This document shows, one piece after another, positions 28,686 through 40,387 of a stretch of DNA of 64,000 nucleotides; position 1 is the stretch's first letter, and each line of letters begins with the position of its first letter. This stretch comes from an uncultured cyanobacterium. Its GTDB lineage: Bacteria > Cyanobacteriota > Cyanobacteriia > PCC-9006 > JAAUQQ01. Location: the NCBI GenBank assembly GCA_963718615.1, contig OY970368.1, positions 2,752,001 through 2,816,000 on the forward strand, written 5' to 3'. A program made the translations under genes and the position numbers. Below the pieces are notes generated by a model. The model made no database searches, was not told the origin of the DNA, and saw nothing but the letters and a program-made list of their open reading frames with translations.

Positions 28686-29540
28686 TTGAAATCCTTTAAA
28701 GCCGTTTCCAAGAAAACAATCGCATCAGTATTAATCTCTTGCCTCTTAGCTGGTTTGAGTGGGTGCGATCGCTTCTCCCTGTCTCAACCCATTTTTTATT
28801 CACACAAGTCTCTAGAAAAAGCCAAGTTTGAATTTCAAGTCAAGCCAATTGGGCAAGGGCTTTATCAAATCGCAGGAGAAACCCAGCTTCCCGAAGGTAG
28901 TCAAATCGCTGTTGCGGCTCTACGGTATCTTAAGGTTCAAGAATCACAGGGTTCGACTCCAGATCTTCAAATCCCCAGGTTCAACCCATTAGAAGACGCA
29001 CAAGGTACTGTTAAGTTAACTCAACAACTTTCGCTTTCTAGAGATGCTCGACCAACCTATACAATTTTAGATTATCAGTTTGCTGAGGTTGTCAATGGAC
29101 ATTGGCAAACCCGACTCAATTTGTGGCAGGTTGCAAAGAATGGTCAATATCAAGAGAGTTGGCAAATCCACCAAGATCAGCTCGACCTAGATTTTGAGCC
29201 AGAAGAAAATGTTGTTTTTCTGGCAACCTTATTTGTCGATGGAATTGTAGATGGTCTTGCATCTGTTCAACAAACGCTCGCGGGAGAAAATCTAACCCTC
29301 AGCAAAACCCTCATTCATCAGTCCCTCGAAGGAGAACAGTATTTTCAAGCAGGGCAGCTTTTAGCCGTAGACCTGCCAACAGGAAAAACCCATACTCCGG
29401 CTCTCCGCACTCAAGACATTAATGGTGGATGGGGTCGTCGTTATATTATTCCTCCTGAACATCCAAATATCACAGCGCTAGAGCTTCCAGAGAATCGCTT
29501 AACCAATTCTTCTGAAACACCTGAGGAGTTTATGAATTGA
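28686..29540 (+). CDS. Hypothetical lipoprotein
   Basis: Lipobox LSGC after a hydrophobic helix; TTG start preceded by GGAG; 284-aa ORF. Confidence 0.75.
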   Translation: MKSFKAVSKKTIASVLISCLLAGLSGCDRFSLSQPIFYSHKSLEKAKFEFQVKPIGQGLYQIAGETQLPEGSQIAVAALRYLKVQESQGSTPDLQIPRFNPLEDAQGTVKLTQQLSLSRDARPTYTILDYQFAEVVNGHWQTRLNLWQVAKNGQYQESWQIHQDQLDLDFEPEENVVFLATLFVDGIVDGLASVQQTLAGENLTLSKTLIHQSLEGEQYFQAGQLLAVDLPTGKTHTPALRTQDINGGWGRRYIIPPEHPNITALELPENRLTNSSETPEEFMN

Positions 29541-29609
29541 GCTTAGGCAATTTGTTGTAAATTCTCATACTGAAAGCAATTAAATGATTGAGCTTCTCTG
29601 CTGATACCC

Positions 29610-32480
29610 TTATACCGCTACAACTTGAACCATTTCTTCAAGTTTTTGCAATAACTTCTGTTCATTATAGGGTTTTGAAAGATAGGCAGATGCACCTAAG
29701 CGCATTGCTAGTTGGCGATGCTTTTCCCCACTTCTAGAGGTTAGCATTGCAACCGGTACATGAGACAAGCTTGGATCAGATTTGAGCTTCGTTAATACAC
29801 CATAGCCGTCTAAACGAGGCATTTCAATATCACAAATAATCGCTTGAACTTGCAAACCAATCTCTAGTTTATTAATAGCATCCTGCCCATCTTTTGCTTG
29901 TTCAACCAAATATCCTGCTTTTTCAAGGGTTAACGCTAAAAACCGTCTAACATTGATAGAATCATCTATAACCATGACCGTAGGACGCTGGTCAAAATCA
30001 ATTCTTGCCAACGCGTCCAAAGATTTCATTTGGGCTAAAGACGGTGCTAACTCAGAATGGAGGCGATTAGAAAGATGAGAACGACTGGACATCCAGTAGA
30101 GTAATTCAGAAACGTTAACTAGCGGAACCACTCGGCCATCTCCCATAATCGTACAACTACTCAGCCCTGCAGGCATCGCAATATTGCTTTCAATCGCACG
30201 CACAGCAACTTCCTGTTCTCCCCAAGAGCGATCGACTTGAAGCCCAACAGGTTGCTGATCTAAATTTACAATCAAGATAAGAGGCTCGTTAATCTTCGGA
30301 TTCATTTCCAAACTGTAGGGTTGATTCGGACAGTTAAAAACCAAACCGCTAGATAATGGCCAATGTTGCAGAGGATGACCATTCCAATAATATTGATCCT
30401 GGTAGGTTTCTTCTAAATTTAGCTTGGATAAAAGGACAACTTCAGTGACTAAATCCGCAGGAAATGCCAATAATATTCCATCGCTTTCAACCAGCAGCAC
30501 GCGCATGACTGCGAGGCTAAAGGGTATTGAAAGGGTAAAAGTTGTTCCTTGACCAGGCTTTGTATCAATTGTGATCTCGCCACGAACTTGTTTGAGACGT
30601 TCACGGACAACATCCATTCCAATGCCTCGGCCTGAGAGCATAGTCAGGCTATCACTAGTACTAAATCCAGGTTCAAAGATAAGCGTTAAAAGTTCCCGTT
30701 CATTGGCTGCGACCAAAAGTTCTGGATCGAGTCCCATGGCGATCGCTCGCTGTCGGATTCGTTCAATATTAATCCCACGACCATCATCTTGAATCTGAAT
30801 CAACGTTTGATTACCTCGTTGAAAAGCTCGAATGTCAATCACTCCTTCTTCAGCTTTTCCTTGCATGCACCGCTCTTCTGGGGACTCAACTCCGTGATCA
30901 AACGCATTGCGCAAGAGATGCATCAGTGGTTCTTGAAGAGATTCCAAAATATTTCGGTCAACGAGGGTTTGCCCGCCCTCCATATTGATCCGAACTCGCT
31001 TACCATGTTCTTGACATAAATCACGAACAGCCCGAGGAAACCGATCTAGGATGTCAGCTAAAGGCCGCATTCGTAGCTGAGTTAGATGATGTGTGAGCTG
31101 TTTAGAGGTTTTATTAAAATTTCGAAGCGTCTGATCCGTTTCTTCTAAACTTAGGTCAATGTCAGTCGTTACTTCTTGAACCTGTACAATACTTTCCATC
31201 ACCTCCTGCGAAAGTAAACTAAGATTGGTATATTGATCTAGCTCTAACTGATCAAATGAAAACTTATATTTATTCTTCTGATTTAAAGGCTGAGTAGTCG
31301 ATTCAGTGCGAAGGATTGAGTGAGCCAACTTTTGATTTGAATGCAATAAATGACGTGATGAAAAGATTTCGAGTCTGCTATCTCCATTGCTATCTAGATA
31401 GCCTGCGATCGGTTGTTGAAGAGTACTAATTTGATCGTAAATACCTCGAAGCTCTTGATTATTCTTATTCAGATTCTGAACTCTTTGCTTTAGTGTTTGA
31501 GTAAGGCTCCGAAGCCGGTCCGCATAAAGAGCAAGTGCATTTCGTTCAATTGTTAATTCTCCAAAAAGATCATTTAACTGGTTCAAACGTTTGAGAGAAA
31601 CTCGCACTGTTCGATCATCATCAGACTCATGATCTGGAGACTGAGTGAAGCTCTCAGCAGAAGTCAGAAGATTTTCCGTGAGACTTTTTAAGAAGATAGG
31701 ACTGGTTGATACTTTCCCACTAGTGTCTAGACCTAGTGGAATTCGATCAATTTGCTGAGTTAATACCATAGCTTGAGCTTGACGCCAGGCATTAAGTGCG
31801 AATTGTGCAGTGGTTTCAACCGCATGCCCCGTTTCTATCTCTTCAATAATGGTTGTACATAAACAGCTAAATGCAGGAAGCTGGAGCATTTCTCCCAGCC
31901 CCATTAATTCATTAGCAACGATAAGAAGCTCAGAAGTAAGGGTGTTATCCGGCCTTTCTATTAGCTTCTCAACTCGCTGTAGAACTTCATCAACCTCAGA
32001 GCTAAAGACTGCTTCTAGTAAAGCTTGTCCACTATCTGAGCCAAGCACAGAGGAAGCATCTTCCTCCTCCACCTCTCCTAAAAGACGATACAGTTGATCA
32101 AACGGCGAGTAGATTTCCTGCATTAAAAAATCAGGGGTTTCTTCAATACCTTGACGAGCTGTATACAACACACGTTGGAGTGTATCTATAGCCCCCAACA
32201 AAAGTTCCTCTATGATCGGCTCAATTGTCTGCGATCGCCGAGCCTTCAGCGATTTAAGACTATTCTCAAGGCGATGGGTCAGCTCACTCAAGGAGGAAAA
32301 CCCCATCATTGCAGCCCCACCTTTAATAGAATGGGCCGCTCGTAACCCAGTATTAATACGATCGAGATCTACCCTTCCTCCTGCAATACCTAAAACCGCT
32401 TGTTCTAAAGTATTTAGATATTCTTGAGCCTCATCTAAAAATTGTGCCTTAATTTCCTGCTCCCGTTGATCTTGCATCAT
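29610..32480 (-). CDS. cheA: Hybrid CheA kinase (Hpt-HATPase-CheW-receiver), PixL/PilL-like
   Basis: RAAHSIKGGA, HLLRNAFDHG, DDGRG, GRGIGMDVV, C-terminal CDIEMP receiver. Confidence 0.95.
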   Translation of the reverse strand: MMQDQREQEIKAQFLDEAQEYLNTLEQAVLGIAGGRVDLDRINTGLRAAHSIKGGAAMMGFSSLSELTHRLENSLKSLKARRSQTIEPIIEELLLGAIDTLQRVLYTARQGIEETPDFLMQEIYSPFDQLYRLLGEVEEEDASSVLGSDSGQALLEAVFSSEVDEVLQRVEKLIERPDNTLTSELLIVANELMGLGEMLQLPAFSCLCTTIIEEIETGHAVETTAQFALNAWRQAQAMVLTQQIDRIPLGLDTSGKVSTSPIFLKSLTENLLTSAESFTQSPDHESDDDRTVRVSLKRLNQLNDLFGELTIERNALALYADRLRSLTQTLKQRVQNLNKNNQELRGIYDQISTLQQPIAGYLDSNGDSRLEIFSSRHLLHSNQKLAHSILRTESTTQPLNQKNKYKFSFDQLELDQYTNLSLLSQEVMESIVQVQEVTTDIDLSLEETDQTLRNFNKTSKQLTHHLTQLRMRPLADILDRFPRAVRDLCQEHGKRVRINMEGGQTLVDRNILESLQEPLMHLLRNAFDHGVESPEERCMQGKAEEGVIDIRAFQRGNQTLIQIQDDGRGINIERIRQRAIAMGLDPELLVAANERELLTLIFEPGFSTSDSLTMLSGRGIGMDVVRERLKQVRGEITIDTKPGQGTTFTLSIPFSLAVMRVLLVESDGILLAFPADLVTEVVLLSKLNLEETYQDQYYWNGHPLQHWPLSSGLVFNCPNQPYSLEMNPKINEPLILIVNLDQQPVGLQVDRSWGEQEVAVRAIESNIAMPAGLSSCTIMGDGRVVPLVNVSELLYWMSSRSHLSNRLHSELAPSLAQMKSLDALARIDFDQRPTVMVIDDSINVRRFLALTLEKAGYLVEQAKDGQDAINKLEIGLQVQAIICDIEMPRLDGYGVLTKLKSDPSLSHVPVAMLTSRSGEKHRQLAMRLGASAYLSKPYNEQKLLQKLEEMVQVVAV

Positions 32481-32485
32481 TTTCT

Positions 32486-35452
32486 TTAGCTCACTTTGAA
32501 GGTATTTACAGAAGCTTGAAGTTGTTCAGTAACCTGTACCGTTTGCTGTAGCGAGCTAGAAACCTCTAACGAAGAGGCAGATGTTCGTTGCGCAATTGTA
32601 GCTAGCTCCTGCATAAGAGAAGTAATCGAGTGAGAGACCTCCGATTGAGAGACTGTTGCATCAGATATCGACTTCACAAGTTGGTCAATTTGTTGAGAAA
32701 TAACCAAAATCTGGCTCAGATTTTGCTTCACATCTTCTACTAAGTAAGTTCCTTCCACAACCTGAGCTGTTCCCAATTCCATTGCTTCAACAACCTCTCC
32801 CGTTTCACGCTGAATGACCTCTACCAAATGTTCGATTTCTTGCGTTGCACTAGAGGCCCGAGCGGCTAACTCCCCAACTTCTTCCGCAACAGCCGCAAAT
32901 CCCTGCCCTTGTTCTCCAGCTCTAGCAGCTTCAATACCGGCATTAATGGCTAGTAGGTTGGTCTGGATAGAAATCTGATTAATCAGATAAACAATCTTAG
33001 TAATTTGTTGTGAAGATTCACCCAAACGCTTTACTTTTTTTGCCGTTTCTCCAATTGTTTCCCTTAAGGTCAGAATATTATCTACCGTACGATCCATGGC
33101 AATGCCACCTGCCTCCGCCGTAGAAGCTGCGACTTGAGTCACTTCAGCAGCTTGTCCAGCATTTTGAGCCACTAGCTGGATAGAACGAGTCATGTTTTCA
33201 ATGGATTGAAAAGCTGTTGAAATTTCATCCGATTGGCGCAGCGCTTCTTCAGCAAGATGCCGAATTTCGCGATCATTTTCACCGACTGAATGGTTGACTT
33301 GCAATACAGATGCTTTGACTTGAGTCACAATCTGTCTAAGGTTTTCTATAATTGAATTAAAGAAATCTGCTACCGTTCCGATTTCGCCAGCCGTAACATC
33401 AGCGCGAACCGTTAAATCTCCATCAGCGGCACTTTCAATATTTGAAAGTAGTTCAATCAACTGTCTCTGGAGTGACTCCTTTTGGTGGCGCTGCTCGTCA
33501 GACATTAAATTAGCCGACTGAATAGCCTTTTCACGCTGCTGAAAAAGTTGACATTCTTGAATCGCATATCCTAGTTGAATAGCGACTTGTTGAACAAAAG
33601 AAGTTTCAGAGGATTGCCACAGGCGAGGTTGACTACACTGATGAACACAGAGTAAACCATTTAGATGGTTGTCAACTAAGACAGGAACGACGAGATTAGC
33701 ACGAATTTGAAAACGTTCAAGCTCTTCTCGATAACAAGACTCTATCTCCGAATTTTCTAAATCGCTAATTAGATGAACTCTCCCTTTTTCGTAGAGATCA
33801 ATATACCGTTCTGCAAAACAAATGTCTGTAATTGATTCTCCTAAAATGGAGTTAAATCCTGGCAAAGCCGACTCAGCTTCTACTTTACCTTGCCCTAGTT
33901 CATCCAGGGAGTATAGAATTACACGATCTGCTTCTAAAGTTTGTCGAATGCTACGAACTGCGGCATTTGAAGCAAATTGAACTTCAAAAGTTTCTCGCAT
34001 TTGTGTGGTTACTTCGTTCAATTGCTGAGCACTACGAGCTTGAAACTTTTGCCGTCTTGCTTCGGAGGCCAAGCTTGCCTCTGACTCTACAATATTATCT
34101 GCCATTTGATTAAACGTCAGTCCCAACTGACCAATCTCATCAAACGCAGAGATCTCGGCTCGTCGATTACGATTTCCCTCGGCAAAATCCTGTGTTGCGT
34201 TTTCTAGTTCCAGAATCGGATTGAGGACCGTGCGTCGAAAGAGAAAGGTCCAAAATGAAATGAGCCCTGCAGACAAAAATAAAACACTGATTTCTTGCAA
34301 AAGGCTCCGATGCAAAATAGCATTTAACACAGTTTCGGGTGTTCCCCGGACAAGAATTGCACTGGGATTGTCATAGACCAGACGTTTTCCCTGGGGAAGC
34401 TCTAGAATTTGTGAAGCCTCTGCTTTGGCCGCCATGGTGTATGTGCGATCGCCAATCTTAACCCGACGCGTTACAACGTCTCCCTGTCGCTCAACCGCCG
34501 CTTCTAAAAGCTGATTGGAAGGGAGAGAAAGACCTGATTCTAAAGCCGTCAATACAGCACCTCTATCCCGTTGTAAAGAAGATGTTAACTCATACTCTCC
34601 ATTGATCTGGCGTTGATAAACTGCACTATACCCACCATCAAATTCGTCAAGCGTTCGTTGGGCAATCACAGGCTTTCCATTAACAATATCTCCAAATACC
34701 AAAATGCCAATGACGCTTGTTTTCTCGGTTGGGTCATAGATGGGGGTAACGACATATCGAATCAGTGCATCTTGATTAGCAAAGCCAGATGGAAGAGAAG
34801 GCTTTTCCCTTTCTAGCTCTGACCAAGGCACAGTTTTGCTAGCTTTGATTTGAATACCCTGTTCTAAAACATTAGAGACTAGTTTGTGGGGATCAAACAA
34901 CTCACCTTGGCGATCGCGATTAGAGTTTGCGATAATTCTCAAGTCGCTCCCGACTAGAGTCGCATATTCAATATCTCTAGCCTTAGTTTCATTGCGAAGA
35001 ATTGTTTTAACCTGATCGGCTAATGTAGGGTTGATGTCTGCTTGCAGATTATGATCGAGCGCGGCTTGAATTAATGCAGAGTTATCGGATTGCCCCCGCG
35101 AACCGAACCCCATCTGGTCTATTTTAATATTGTACTGAATACCAGTGACTGCGACCTCTGATTTCGCCTGCTCCAGTAGCTGCTGCCGCAAACCTTGGGT
35201 AATAATTAACGTTGCGCCAACGCCAAGACCTAAGATAGGAACAAGCTCACAAATGATTAACGCTAAAAGTTGTTTACGACCAATGGGTAGATTACGAAAC
35301 CAACGTTCTAGTTGTGATGGCTCACGTTTTACCTTAACCGTTCTTGTTTTCCCAAGAATCGGTTTCCCTCGCCAAATCATTGATTCTGTCTTTGCGGGAC
35401 GGGAAGCTTCGTGTGAAGCATTAGCAAGGCTAATAGACTCAGTCATAATCAA
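32486..35452 (-). CDS. Methyl-accepting taxis protein with periplasmic domain, HAMP and a DXCF cyanobacteriochrome-type GAF (PixJ-like)
   Basis: Two TM helices, HAMP ([14 protein letters not shown]), GAF ([32 protein letters not shown]), MCP tip [23 protein letters not shown]. Confidence 0.92.
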   Translation of the reverse strand: MIMTESISLANASHEASRPAKTESMIWRGKPILGKTRTVKVKREPSQLERWFRNLPIGRKQLLALIICELVPILGLGVGATLIITQGLRQQLLEQAKSEVAVTGIQYNIKIDQMGFGSRGQSDNSALIQAALDHNLQADINPTLADQVKTILRNETKARDIEYATLVGSDLRIIANSNRDRQGELFDPHKLVSNVLEQGIQIKASKTVPWSELEREKPSLPSGFANQDALIRYVVTPIYDPTEKTSVIGILVFGDIVNGKPVIAQRTLDEFDGGYSAVYQRQINGEYELTSSLQRDRGAVLTALESGLSLPSNQLLEAAVERQGDVVTRRVKIGDRTYTMAAKAEASQILELPQGKRLVYDNPSAILVRGTPETVLNAILHRSLLQEISVLFLSAGLISFWTFLFRRTVLNPILELENATQDFAEGNRNRRAEISAFDEIGQLGLTFNQMADNIVESEASLASEARRQKFQARSAQQLNEVTTQMRETFEVQFASNAAVRSIRQTLEADRVILYSLDELGQGKVEAESALPGFNSILGESITDICFAERYIDLYEKGRVHLISDLENSEIESCYREELERFQIRANLVVPVLVDNHLNGLLCVHQCSQPRLWQSSETSFVQQVAIQLGYAIQECQLFQQREKAIQSANLMSDEQRHQKESLQRQLIELLSNIESAADGDLTVRADVTAGEIGTVADFFNSIIENLRQIVTQVKASVLQVNHSVGENDREIRHLAEEALRQSDEISTAFQSIENMTRSIQLVAQNAGQAAEVTQVAASTAEAGGIAMDRTVDNILTLRETIGETAKKVKRLGESSQQITKIVYLINQISIQTNLLAINAGIEAARAGEQGQGFAAVAEEVGELAARASSATQEIEHLVEVIQRETGEVVEAMELGTAQVVEGTYLVEDVKQNLSQILVISQQIDQLVKSISDATVSQSEVSHSITSLMQELATIAQRTSASSLEVSSSLQQTVQVTEQLQASVNTFKVS

Positions 35453-35471
35453 AGATTACCAAAACGAAACA

Positions 35472-35981
35472 TTAACTCGAGATACAGCAACAAAGGGTCG
35501 GTGCTTGTAATATCTTTTGGATATCCAAAATCAAAAGTTCTTGAGAATCCCTTTTAAGAGAACCTAGAACATAGTGCAGAAACTGAGACGGAGATTGTTG
35601 GCTAGGCGGTTGGACATGGGACGGATCGAGCCAGAACATATTGTTAATCTGACTGACAGCTAATCCTATCCATACGGATTCCTGTTGTATTACGACGACA
35701 TTGCAGTGAGAGGACTTCATTGTTAATCGAGAAACACCTAACAGAAGTCCTAAATCCAATAATCCTAAAACTCGATTTCCTCGATTCATTAAACCCAGAA
35801 AATGGCTAGGCATATTGGGAATTGGACTGAGACGATGCATCGGCAAGGATAAAACCTCCTGAACTTTGCTCATCGGAATTAAAGCAGGTTTATCGGTGGA
35901 TATTTGTAATCGTAAATAGGGTTTTCCAAGGTTCTTCTGTACGTGATTTTTTACAATCGGGAATGAGACTTGATCCATCAC
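35472..35981 (-). CDS. cheW: CheW adaptor
   Basis: PIPNMPSHFLGLMNRGNRVLGLLDL, and position inside a che cluster. Confidence 0.9.
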   Translation of the reverse strand: MMDQVSFPIVKNHVQKNLGKPYLRLQISTDKPALIPMSKVQEVLSLPMHRLSPIPNMPSHFLGLMNRGNRVLGLLDLGLLLGVSRLTMKSSHCNVVVIQQESVWIGLAVSQINNMFWLDPSHVQPPSQQSPSQFLHYVLGSLKRDSQELLILDIQKILQAPTLCCCISS

Positions 35982-35988
35982 ACTGCAC

Positions 35989-36378
35989 CTAGAAAGTTAG
36001 CAGAACAGATTGAATTGATCGAAGCAAATCTTCACGTGTAAATGGCTTAATTAAATAAGCACTCGCCCCTTGTTTCATAGCCCAGAGCTTGTCAATCTCT
36101 TGGTTTTTAGAGGAACATATAACGACGGGAATTTTGGCGGTGTTAATATCCTTTTTTAGATTTCGACAAAGCTCAAATCCACTCATCTCTGGCATCACTA
36201 CATCGGTAATGATTAAATCAGGTTTATTTGATATTAGCATTGCCATTGCTTGCCTCGCACACATCGCATTAACCACCGCAAAGCCACCCTCACGAAGATA
36301 GTGACTAATTAGCTCCATTTCTGATAGCGTATCTTCTACAACAAGAATTGTTATTTTCTTGACAGTGGTATTCATCAT
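35989..36378 (-). CDS. cheY: Single-domain CheY-like response regulator
   Basis: ILVVED, TDVVMPEMSGFE, YLIKPF. Confidence 0.92.
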   Translation of the reverse strand: MMNTTVKKITILVVEDTLSEMELISHYLREGGFAVVNAMCARQAMAMLISNKPDLIITDVVMPEMSGFELCRNLKKDINTAKIPVVICSSKNQEIDKLWAMKQGASAYLIKPFTREDLLRSIQSVLLTF

Positions 36379-36417
36379 TAAGACAGGAGTGAAAGTTTCA
36401 GGAATAAGGGTATAAGA

Positions 36418-37476
36418 TTAGCTTTCCGAACCTGGAAGATTACGAAATACAATTTTCATCAAGTCAGAGCGTGTAAAAGGTTTTGTCAAGTAGCCAGAAG
36501 AACCCACTAGTTTTGCTCTTGCCCTATCTAGAAAACCTGTATTTCCCGTTACCATCAAAATAGGTGTCGACTTAAATCTTGGATGACGTCTTAGTAAAGA
36601 GCATAGTTCATATCCATCTAAGTTAGGCATCTCCACATCAAGAAGTACAAGATCGGGCTGATACCGCATAACCTGCATCAGCGCTCTCACTGGATCGTTA
36701 ATCATAAATACGGAAAAACTAGAATCATCAAGATAGCTATTAATAAGCTTTAGAATAGTTGGGCTATCGTCCACACAAACGATTCTATACTGAGTTTTAT
36801 CGTTGTCCTTTCTAAGTAAGCTTTTATGAGTAGATACCAGCGCAGAGCTAACTTCTGAGCTTTGCTCTAGAGGTTGACTAACCGACGGAAACGAGACAAG
36901 CGAAGAACGAGATTCTCCCAATAATGGACGTTGAGCAAAGGCCTTTGTTCGTTCATTTTGTGCTTCACAGTCAGCAATTAGCTGTCTCAGATCTAACCGG
37001 CAGACACTAAACCATCCTTCTAGCTCAGATCGATCGATTACATCATAGTTACCGGTTGTCACCGACAGCAATGAACTTAAAACTTCTTGAGCTAAGCTAC
37101 GAATTAAAGCTGCGGCTTGACTGGGTGCAAGATACTGTTGATCAACAAGCCATTGGATAGCCTGGTAGTCTGGGCTCAGCTTTGCATAGCTGGCCTGTCG
37201 AGTTTCAAACAGCAGTCGCACCTGCACCCGCACAGCGCTGACAAGAGATGGGACAGAACGGCTCAAGTTGCGAAGATGCCGATCCAAACGTTCAAAGGCA
37301 TGGCTTGCTGTCGAAGCATAGACTAAGTCGCCTTGTTCTAGATAAAGTCGCCAAGACTCTGCGCCACTGTATACCGCCAAACAACCGCTTTGTTTCTGAG
37401 CTGTAATTTGAGCTAATAGAGTTAAAGGATGAAGACTCAAAAAAGAAGACTCATCCGCAACGTAAAGACGATCCAT
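36418..37476 (-). CDS. PatA-family response regulator (PATAN plus receiver)
   Basis: N-terminal PATAN-like domain (SGCL..WRLYLEQGDLVYA) and C-terminal VDDSP..LDVEMP..YLTKPF. GGAG RBS before ATG 37476. Confidence 0.9.
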   Translation of the reverse strand: MDRLYVADESSFLSLHPLTLLAQITAQKQSGCLAVYSGAESWRLYLEQGDLVYASTASHAFERLDRHLRNLSRSVPSLVSAVRVQVRLLFETRQASYAKLSPDYQAIQWLVDQQYLAPSQAAALIRSLAQEVLSSLLSVTTGNYDVIDRSELEGWFSVCRLDLRQLIADCEAQNERTKAFAQRPLLGESRSSLVSFPSVSQPLEQSSEVSSALVSTHKSLLRKDNDKTQYRIVCVDDSPTILKLINSYLDDSSFSVFMINDPVRALMQVMRYQPDLVLLDVEMPNLDGYELCSLLRRHPRFKSTPILMVTGNTGFLDRARAKLVGSSGYLTKPFTRSDLMKIVFRNLPGSES

Positions 37477-37804
37477 CTCTGTTTTCTCCACGTATGCTAT
37501 GCAACCAAAGTTGTTTAGTGAGATCGACCTGCATCCTAAAAAAAACAAGATGCAGAGAACTCAAAGTATTTACAAGGTGTGTAAGATTTACTTAACGCAG
37601 AGCTTTTAATGACTTTTGTCAATTCTTTTGCGCGTCTACCTTTTCTCGATCATAGCATGAAAGATGGTTAGAAATAGAATTCAAGCACTCCTAAAGTTTG
37701 AAAGATCAAATGAATTTGAGCCTGACGATAAAGAGGTCAATTATGTTATGTCTGAAATGCATCTTTACTCCATTTTTTAATGTGTTTTTTGCAAAAATGC
37801 TCTT

Positions 37805-40387
37805 TTAATACAGATCAAGAAGCTGCTTGATTTTATTTTTTTGCTGTTCTTCCAAAGCGTGTGGAAACTGTAGCTCTAAAATCATGCGATCGAAATTATC
37901 TGACAAAAATTCAGTAGTCTCGACTTGAGCTACAATGCTCAACGGCAATGCTTCTGGGTGCGAGAACACTAACAAGCCTAGAGTCGGTCTTAGGATTTCT
38001 AGATCACTCATCGACTCAAAATCATTACAGGCCAGCTCTACGCGCAAATCCCGTGAGCCCAGTTCTGTAATATATCCAATTTGAGTTTCATTTCCCCACC
38101 CTTCCCAATAGACCTGGGTAATTGCTTTGCCTCGCTTTCGGACTTTGACTCCGATCTCGGGCTTGAATTTCTGGAATACACGTTTAATGCTGGTTGCAAT
38201 AAATCGCAAAGAGACCATGGGAATGTCTTTTTCAATACGTTTCTGGGAATACCATTCTCGGATATCCGAATAGAGCACGACTGTTAGATCATCCTGCTGG
38301 GATCGAGTCAGTTCCTGAAAATCAAATGCAAACAGTGCGTGGAGTTGGCGGGTTGCAACGGCACGAACGACACGAGCCTTGACTAAGGCTTTCGCTCCAT
38401 AATCACCGGTTAGCTCAATTCGTACTTCATCGGCAATATTGGGCCATTCTGGTAGTAAAATCTGAACTCCTGTTTCGCTAGCATCCGTCGTTTGACCAGT
38501 CCAGCTCTCGCCTTCACTATGAATGACTACAGTGAGTTTATGTTGTAGACGATGCGATCGCCGCAGCTGAGGTTGCTCAAAGGCGACTAAACAAGCGGCC
38601 ATCACCAACACTAAATTGAATAAACACCAAACTGCATTAATTAAAACAGCTTGGATATCCTCTGGACTCCAAATGAGCCATAGGGGAACGGCTAAAAGTG
38701 AAGCACTGGCAATGATCCCCAAAACGACGAGATAGCGAATACTATCCACATCAAAGCTTCGCTGGGTTACCGTAAGTCCTTTATCCGTGACATTAAAAGA
38801 GCCAAGTTTTGGATTGGCGAGGGCGAGTAAGGTTACGATACCCGCTTGGAAAGACATGGCAAATTCGTAGATCTCATTCCAAAAGGAGAACCGTACATGT
38901 TTGTAGGGAATGTGGTTTGTCTGCATTGACAAGATCACATAGGGTAAAGCGTAAAAAAGTGTTTCTATTCCCAATCCCTTAACGGAGTTAATGCCCAAGA
39001 GCAAATAAAGCGTTGGTGCAATTAAATACATCAATCGGGGAAATCCAAAGAAAAAGTGAGATGTGGCACTAAAGTAGCAAATTCGTTGTGGGATCGTCAG
39101 ACCCAGCTTGCGGTTAAAGAGCGGATTTTCCAGACGCAAAATTTGAGCCATTCCCCGAGCCCAGCGCACCTGCTGTCCCACATAGGCTGAAAACTTTTCC
39201 GGTGCAAGACCTGCAACCATAATTTTGTCATAGTAAACCGTTTCATAGCCTCGCGAATGGAGTCGTAGTGCCGTATGACAATCCTCTGTAACAGTCTCCG
39301 TTGCAATTCCACCCACTTCCAGGAGGTAATCGCGCCGAATGATGGCAGCAGAGCCACAAAAAAACGTTGCATTCCAAGTGTCGTTGCCTTTTTGCAGCAC
39401 TTTATAAAACAGCTCGTTCCCGACTGGAATTCGTCCACGGGTTAAAAGATTTCGCTCAAAGGGATCTGGATTATAAAACCAGTGGGGCGTCTGAACGAGG
39501 GCAACCTTGGGATTTTGAAAAAAGCCTACGGTCTCCTTTAAAACATTACAAGTTGGAATATGGTCACAATCAAGAATTAACACGAGTTCGCCTTGGGTAC
39601 GAGGCAGTGCAGTGTTAATATTTCCAGCTTTAGCATGTTCGTTGCTGTCCCTTGTCAATAAACGACAGCCTAGCTCCTCACACATTTGTGCCAAGCTGAG
39701 ACGCCGCATTTGATATTTTTCTGCTCGACCGTCATCCAAGATATAGACTTTTTTATGGGGATAGTGGATGGCTAAGGCTGCGATCGCGGTCTTCCTCACA
39801 ATCTCCACATCTTCGTTATAGGTCGGAATATAGATATCAACACTGGGCCATTCCTCTAGGGGGATCGCCTGGATATCGGGCGATCGCCGCTCGCGAATCC
39901 GCAACGTTTGAAAATAGGCTAAGAAGAGGGTGGCGATCGCATAAAGCTCGGCGATGTAGAGCAGCAGCGAAAAAAAGCCATTGAGCCATCCTTCAAAATT
40001 CAAGGTATAAAACGTTCGATAATACCAATAGCGCAGTGTTGTTAAGGAGCTAAAGACAATTAACAGCAAATGAAGTCGCTCACTAACCCGATGATTTTGT
40101 TGATGACTCTCTAGATACACCAAGAGTGCGCCTAAGCTCACCATCATGGCGGCAATAACGGCCTGTTGTGTTGGGCTAGGTCGAAAGGTGATTAGGGGAA
40201 TACAGTTCCAGACCAATAAGAGGATGAGAATTAAGAGTTTGCGTTGTCCAAGCCAGCCAAAGCCTTGGTCAAACAGTTGCGGTAGGGTTTCAGTGAGCCA
40301 GGGCGTGAGGTTTAATTTTGGATTTAATCGCGGTAGTCTGTGTTTATAACGACGCAACTGCCGATGGACAAGGGTAAAAAAGGTCAT
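37805..40387 (-). CDS. bcsA: Cellulose synthase catalytic subunit with PilZ domain
   Basis: DDG, HAKAGNIN, DCDH, QTPH, FFCGS, TED, QQVRW, FNVTDK; PilZ motifs RRSHR and DASETG. Confidence 0.93.
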   Translation of the reverse strand: MTFFTLVHRQLRRYKHRLPRLNPKLNLTPWLTETLPQLFDQGFGWLGQRKLLILILLLVWNCIPLITFRPSPTQQAVIAAMMVSLGALLVYLESHQQNHRVSERLHLLLIVFSSLTTLRYWYYRTFYTLNFEGWLNGFFSLLLYIAELYAIATLFLAYFQTLRIRERRSPDIQAIPLEEWPSVDIYIPTYNEDVEIVRKTAIAALAIHYPHKKVYILDDGRAEKYQMRRLSLAQMCEELGCRLLTRDSNEHAKAGNINTALPRTQGELVLILDCDHIPTCNVLKETVGFFQNPKVALVQTPHWFYNPDPFERNLLTRGRIPVGNELFYKVLQKGNDTWNATFFCGSAAIIRRDYLLEVGGIATETVTEDCHTALRLHSRGYETVYYDKIMVAGLAPEKFSAYVGQQVRWARGMAQILRLENPLFNRKLGLTIPQRICYFSATSHFFFGFPRLMYLIAPTLYLLLGINSVKGLGIETLFYALPYVILSMQTNHIPYKHVRFSFWNEIYEFAMSFQAGIVTLLALANPKLGSFNVTDKGLTVTQRSFDVDSIRYLVVLGIIASASLLAVPLWLIWSPEDIQAVLINAVWCLFNLVLVMAACLVAFEQPQLRRSHRLQHKLTVVIHSEGESWTGQTTDASETGVQILLPEWPNIADEVRIELTGDYGAKALVKARVVRAVATRQLHALFAFDFQELTRSQQDDLTVVLYSDIREWYSQKRIEKDIPMVSLRFIATSIKRVFQKFKPEIGVKVRKRGKAITQVYWEGWGNETQIGYITELGSRDLRVELACNDFESMSDLEILRPTLGLLVFSHPEALPLSIVAQVETTEFLSDNFDRMILELQFPHALEEQQKNKIKQLLDLY

